This document shows, one piece after another, positions 62,501-62,783 of a stretch of 62,783 nt of DNA; the first letter of the stretch is position 1; each line of letters starts with the position of its first letter. The position numbers were made by a program, and so were the translations under genes. Location: positions 1 to 62,783 of the forward strand of contig JBBCKI010000032.1 in NCBI GenBank assembly GCA_037190965.1. The letters run 5' to 3'. The notes under the pieces were generated by a model. That model saw only the letters and a list, made by a program, of their open reading frames with translations, did no database searches and was not told where the DNA came from. The stretch is from Chthoniobacteraceae bacterium. GTDB lineage: Bacteria > Verrucomicrobiota > Verrucomicrobiia > Chthoniobacterales > Chthoniobacteraceae.

Positions 62501-62783
62501 TTTTTCCTCGTTGCCAATCTCCAGATTGGTAATGCCAATGTCCTCGAATCTCTGATTCGGAAGCCTTGTCATTGCGTGCAGGGGGCCGGAACGAACAGGG
62601 TTGCGAAACTGGAGTTGCGAAGACGCGGGCGTTCCCAAACAAAGAGACTGTGTGAAAACACACCTACGTCATTGAAAGCCTGAGAGAGGGAGATCAGGAT
62701 GAAGGGCGATGAGATTCATTGCCGGAGTAGACCGCTCGCAACGCCAGCTTCTGCCGGAGAGCCTTGAGGATTACGTGACCAAG

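Noticed and set aside
62727..62745. GTAGACCGCTCGC fragment resembling a family-A arm
   Set aside because: Only about 13 nt match and the palindrome is incomplete, too short to call.

Overview
High-GC bacterial chromosome segment, probably Verrucomicrobiota (inferred from the TIGR03790-like and DUF2851-like genes, a PVC-type MoxR/vWA operon and plant-type LeuC/LeuD). Most of it is housekeeping and envelope genes: alr, trpS, an FKBP PPIase, hflX, class II nrdJ, a MntR-controlled Mn ABC importer, tilS, serS, rnc, recN, leuC/leuD, alaS, glycosyltransferases, two-component genes, and a HemS-like protein with a flavodoxin. An 11-kb translationally coupled MoxR-ABC-DUF58-vWA operon opens the window. 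The main signals not explained by the ORF track are: (1) a 56-bp direct repeat of the nrdJ 3' end (50/56 identical, mostly third-codon-position changes) enclosing a 579-bp islet that carries only an XRE HTH gene and a perfect palindromic operator, i.e. an integration scar or minimal element using nrdJ as attachment site; (2) eight copies (one partial) of a ~160-bp GTAG-footed REPIN-like element with a conserved, covarying internal fold, often joined to a second repeat family; (3) DnaA, NrdR and MntR boxes; (4) several intact ORFs with eroded catalytic motifs; (5) several long intergenic hairpins. No tRNA, rRNA, CRISPR array, integrase or transposase was recognised. Family assignments come from motif recognition, not database searches.
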